64,000 nucleotides of DNA from positions 496,001 to 560,000 of the forward strand of contig JABVCE010000004.1 of assembly GCA_014905635.1 (NCBI GenBank). The letters run 5' to 3'. Below, piece after piece: positions 61,525-64,000 of the stretch; position 1 is the stretch's first letter, and each line of letters begins with the position of its first letter. The notes under the pieces were generated by a model. The model was not told where the DNA came from. It saw only the letters and a program-made list of their open reading frames with translations, and did not search any database. The position numbers were made by a program, and so were the translations under genes. The DNA comes from Scenedesmus sp. PABB004. Lineage: Eukaryota.

Positions 61525-62897
61525 TCACGCGCGCGCCGCCGCCCAGCGCGCGCGGCCCTCGCCCGCGAGGCCGAGCGTGAGCGCGAAGAGCTCCGCGACC
61601 GGCTCGGGCGCGTCGAGCACCGCGATCGCGCTCATGCGCTTCTTGCTGCCGAAGACCTGGCCGATGCGCTTGCGCGAGAGCGCAAACACGACCGGCACGG
61701 GCGCCGCCGCGCGCGCGCCGGCGGCCACGATCTCGGCGACGCGGCCGTCGAGCACGCGGTCGGGCTTGCCGGCCTTGTTCAGCTGAATGTCTGGCGCGAG
61801 CAGCACCGCGCGCGCGCGGCCGGTCTTGATGGCCTTGCACGCCTCGCGCAGGCCGCACACGTAGAGGCGCCGCGCCGCGGGGCGCGGGCTGTCGCCGCCG
61901 TACTGCAGCGCGCGGAGCTTGTTGAGCAGCAGGCTCGCGGCGGCGTTGAGGCCGGCGCAGATGTCCTGGTGCACAAACGCGCCGTGCACGACCGGGCCCT
62001 CCTCCTCGTCGTCCGACAGCGTGAGCTGGCTCGACGCGTAACCCGCGCTGCCGGCGCTGCTGACCGTGCTCGCGTAGCTGCTCGCGAGGCTGCCCGCGCG
62101 CAGCGGCGTGCTGCCGCCGCTGCTGCAGCCGCCGCCGCGCGGCGGCGGCGGCGGCGCCGCGCCGCCGCGCAGGCTGAGCGCCGCGAGCGCGAGCTCGAGC
62201 TCGCCCGACGCCTGCGGCTGCGCCAGGCCGTAGGGGCCCGCCAGCTGCAGGTGCGGCGCGTCGTAGGCCCCCGCCGGGCCCAGCTGCCCACCAAACGCGC
62301 CGCCGTGCAGGTGCTGGTGCTGGTGCTGCCCCGGCCAGCACTGCTGCTGGCCAAACGCGGCCAGGCGCGCCGCCTCGGGCGCGGCGGCGTGCTGCTGCGG
62401 CCACGCGGGCTGCTGCGGCCCGCCCGACGCCGCGAGCACGTAGGCGGCCAGCGCGCTCTCGCTCGCCGCGGCGGCCGCCATCGCCTGCTCGAGCAGCACC
62501 TGCTGCACCAGCGACAGCCCGCCGGGCGACAGGGCCGCCGCCGCGGCGAGCTGCTGGGGCGTGGGCAGGCTCAGCGTGGGCAGGCCGGCCGGCTCGAGGC
62601 CCAGGCCGGGCGGCGGCGCCTGCGGGCGGCGGGGCGGGCGGGCGGGCGGCGCGCGTGTGAGGGGGGGCCGCCAGCCGCGCGCATCCTCCGCTGCCGCAAA
62701 AGAGTGCCGCAGCTGCGGGCGTTCCAGGGCGGCCAGGCCGGCCCCGGAACGCCGCGCGCCAGGGGCCGCGGCGCGGTGTGCGGTGCGCGGAGGGCGGCTG
62801 GGCGGCGTCCCATGTTCCGAGGAACGGCGGCCGACCGCGCGGCGCGTCGCACCTGCCCGTGCGAGCCGACGTAGGGCATGAACATTAGCTCCTGCAT
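61525..62897 (-). CDS. SECIS-binding protein 2 (SBP2)-like L7Ae RNA-binding protein, divergent, two exons
   Basis: MQELMFMPYVGSHGQ|APPP (phase consistent). FVHQDICAGLNAAASLLLNKLRALQ...RRLYVCGLREACKAIKTGRARAVLLAPDI...LD...VPVVFALSRKRIGQVFG...SAIAVLD aligns with the SBP2 YCxQ...LLxELxxFQ...RRLVxGLREV.K...PxVFALxRKxLG pattern. Confidence 0.85.
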
Positions 62898-63172
62898 CGC
62901 GTCAGCAGGCCTTCAGGACGCGACCGCGGGCGAGGACGCGTGCCTGTGTCGCGGTTGCCCCGAGCGCCGCGTTCTGGCTCCGCGGCGAGCGGTGGGAGGT
63001 CCACGAGCTCCTCCGACGTCGTGGGGATGCGAGGGTGGGCCGCCTGGTCCGCTGGGCCGCCGGCGAGGGCTGGGCGCGGGCAGGGGTCGCTGCACGCGCG
63101 CGGGGTCGCAGGGCTGCTGCGCGAGAGCGTCGATGCAGGAACGGGGCGTTGAGGCTCTGGCGGTCGCGCCGG

Positions 63173-63514
63173 GCGCGCGGGCAACAGGGGCGGGCGAATT
63201 GGCGACGACGGGGCCGGCGCCGTTCCACGGCGTGGCGCCGTTTGCGTGCCGCCCGATCCCGGGCGCGCGGTGGGAGTGGCGTGGCCGGAGGCGGCGCGCG
63301 GTGGCGGCCTTGGCCGCGCGCTTGGGGGGCGGGTGCGCGGGGCACACACTACACTCCCACGGCGAGGTAGGGAGGGGGTAGGCAGGCCGCGCGCCGGGCC
63401 GCGGCCGCTGCAGCGCACGCGGGGCCGCCGGGGCGGTGCGCAGGGCGGCACGCGGGGCGGCGAGGGGGCGCGCGCGGCGCGGGGCGGCACGGTCCCATCC
63501 CCGCGATGGCGCGA
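63173..63514. repeat. Direct repeat copy 2
   Basis: High identity to 60734..61006 over the core, with small indels and a weaker 3' tail ending cgatggcgcga. Confidence 0.93.
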
Positions 63515-64000
63515 CCCCCACCCGTCACGGCTCCCCGGCGGCCCGCGCCGGTCGGCCACGATCCGGACGGAGCAAGCAGTGGTATCACGCCGCCGAGCTC
63601 GCGCGGCGCGCGCTCAGGCAGCCGGCCGCCACGCCGCGGATCGCGACGCGCGCGCGGCGTTCGCGCGGCGCGCACCGGCCGGCCGCGACGTCAGCGCCGC
63701 TCACATGCTCTTGCCGATGCGCCCCCGAGCGTCAGCAGGCTCTGGTAAGATGCCAGCGCGGGCGGCGGCAGCCCGCGGGCGCGCCCTCTGACCGGAGCGG
63801 CGGCGGAGATCGCGGCGCCGTCCGGCCTGGCGCGCGTCGGGGCCGGCCGCGCGGCAGTGCGCATGCGGCGCGTCGGGTCAGGCAGAGCCTCCGCGGCGCA
63901 CCCACGGCCCGGCGCCCGGCGGCGGCCACGTCCTCGAGCCTGCGCTCATGGCAGGGCGCGCCAACCGACGCGGGCGGCGGCTTTGCAAGCGGTTCTGGTG

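Noticed and set aside
61060..61525. SECIS element or selenoprotein near the SBP2-like gene
   Set aside because: No in-frame TGA within a conserved domain and no convincing AUGA/AA/GA stem was identified by eye.
60734..63514. Direct repeats as LTRs of a retroelement
   Set aside because: No TG...CA termini, PBS or gag/pol, and the interior is an intron-containing cellular gene.

Overview
Extremely GC-rich (visibly ~75-80%), intron-dense eukaryotic nuclear DNA, most consistent with a chlorophyte green alga (Sphaeropleales/Selenastraceae-like: short GC-rich introns, many AG|GC donors, TGTAA signal, plastid-targeted genes). The long ORFs in the track are mostly artefacts, so genes were rebuilt by hand from exons. 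About 23 protein genes are supported: a 5'-truncated unknown, a PKG-like kinase with four cNMP domains, an unknown, kinesin-14, a Tat-signal plastid protein, a Rubisco-LSMT-type SET protein, a KANSL3/TEX30-like pseudo-hydrolase, a chlorophyte coiled-coil protein, DENR/TMA22, a small ubiquitin-fold protein, FIE/EED, a cupin, an AlkB-type dioxygenase, a TNase-like protein, a bacterial-type tryptophanase with ~10 introns, a tandem DUF579 methyltransferase-like protein, an ARKS histone-mimic protein, a flavin monooxygenase, a small unknown, an ELIP-like protein, a prominin/tweety-like 5-TM protein, a coiled-coil protein and an SBP2-type L7Ae protein. Best leads: (1) the intron-containing tryptophanase within a run of small-molecule-modifying enzymes that includes an FMO (possible indole/indoxyl pathway); (2) a near-perfect ~190-240 nt intronic hairpin (miRNA-precursor-like); (3) a ~750 bp near-identical inverted duplication that puts another gene's promoter and first two exons in front of ELIP; (4) a DENR lacking all Zn-binding cysteines; (5) a ~300 bp direct repeat upstream of two adjacent genes. 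CDS coordinates are gene spans including introns, and all family assignments come from recalled motifs rather than database searches.
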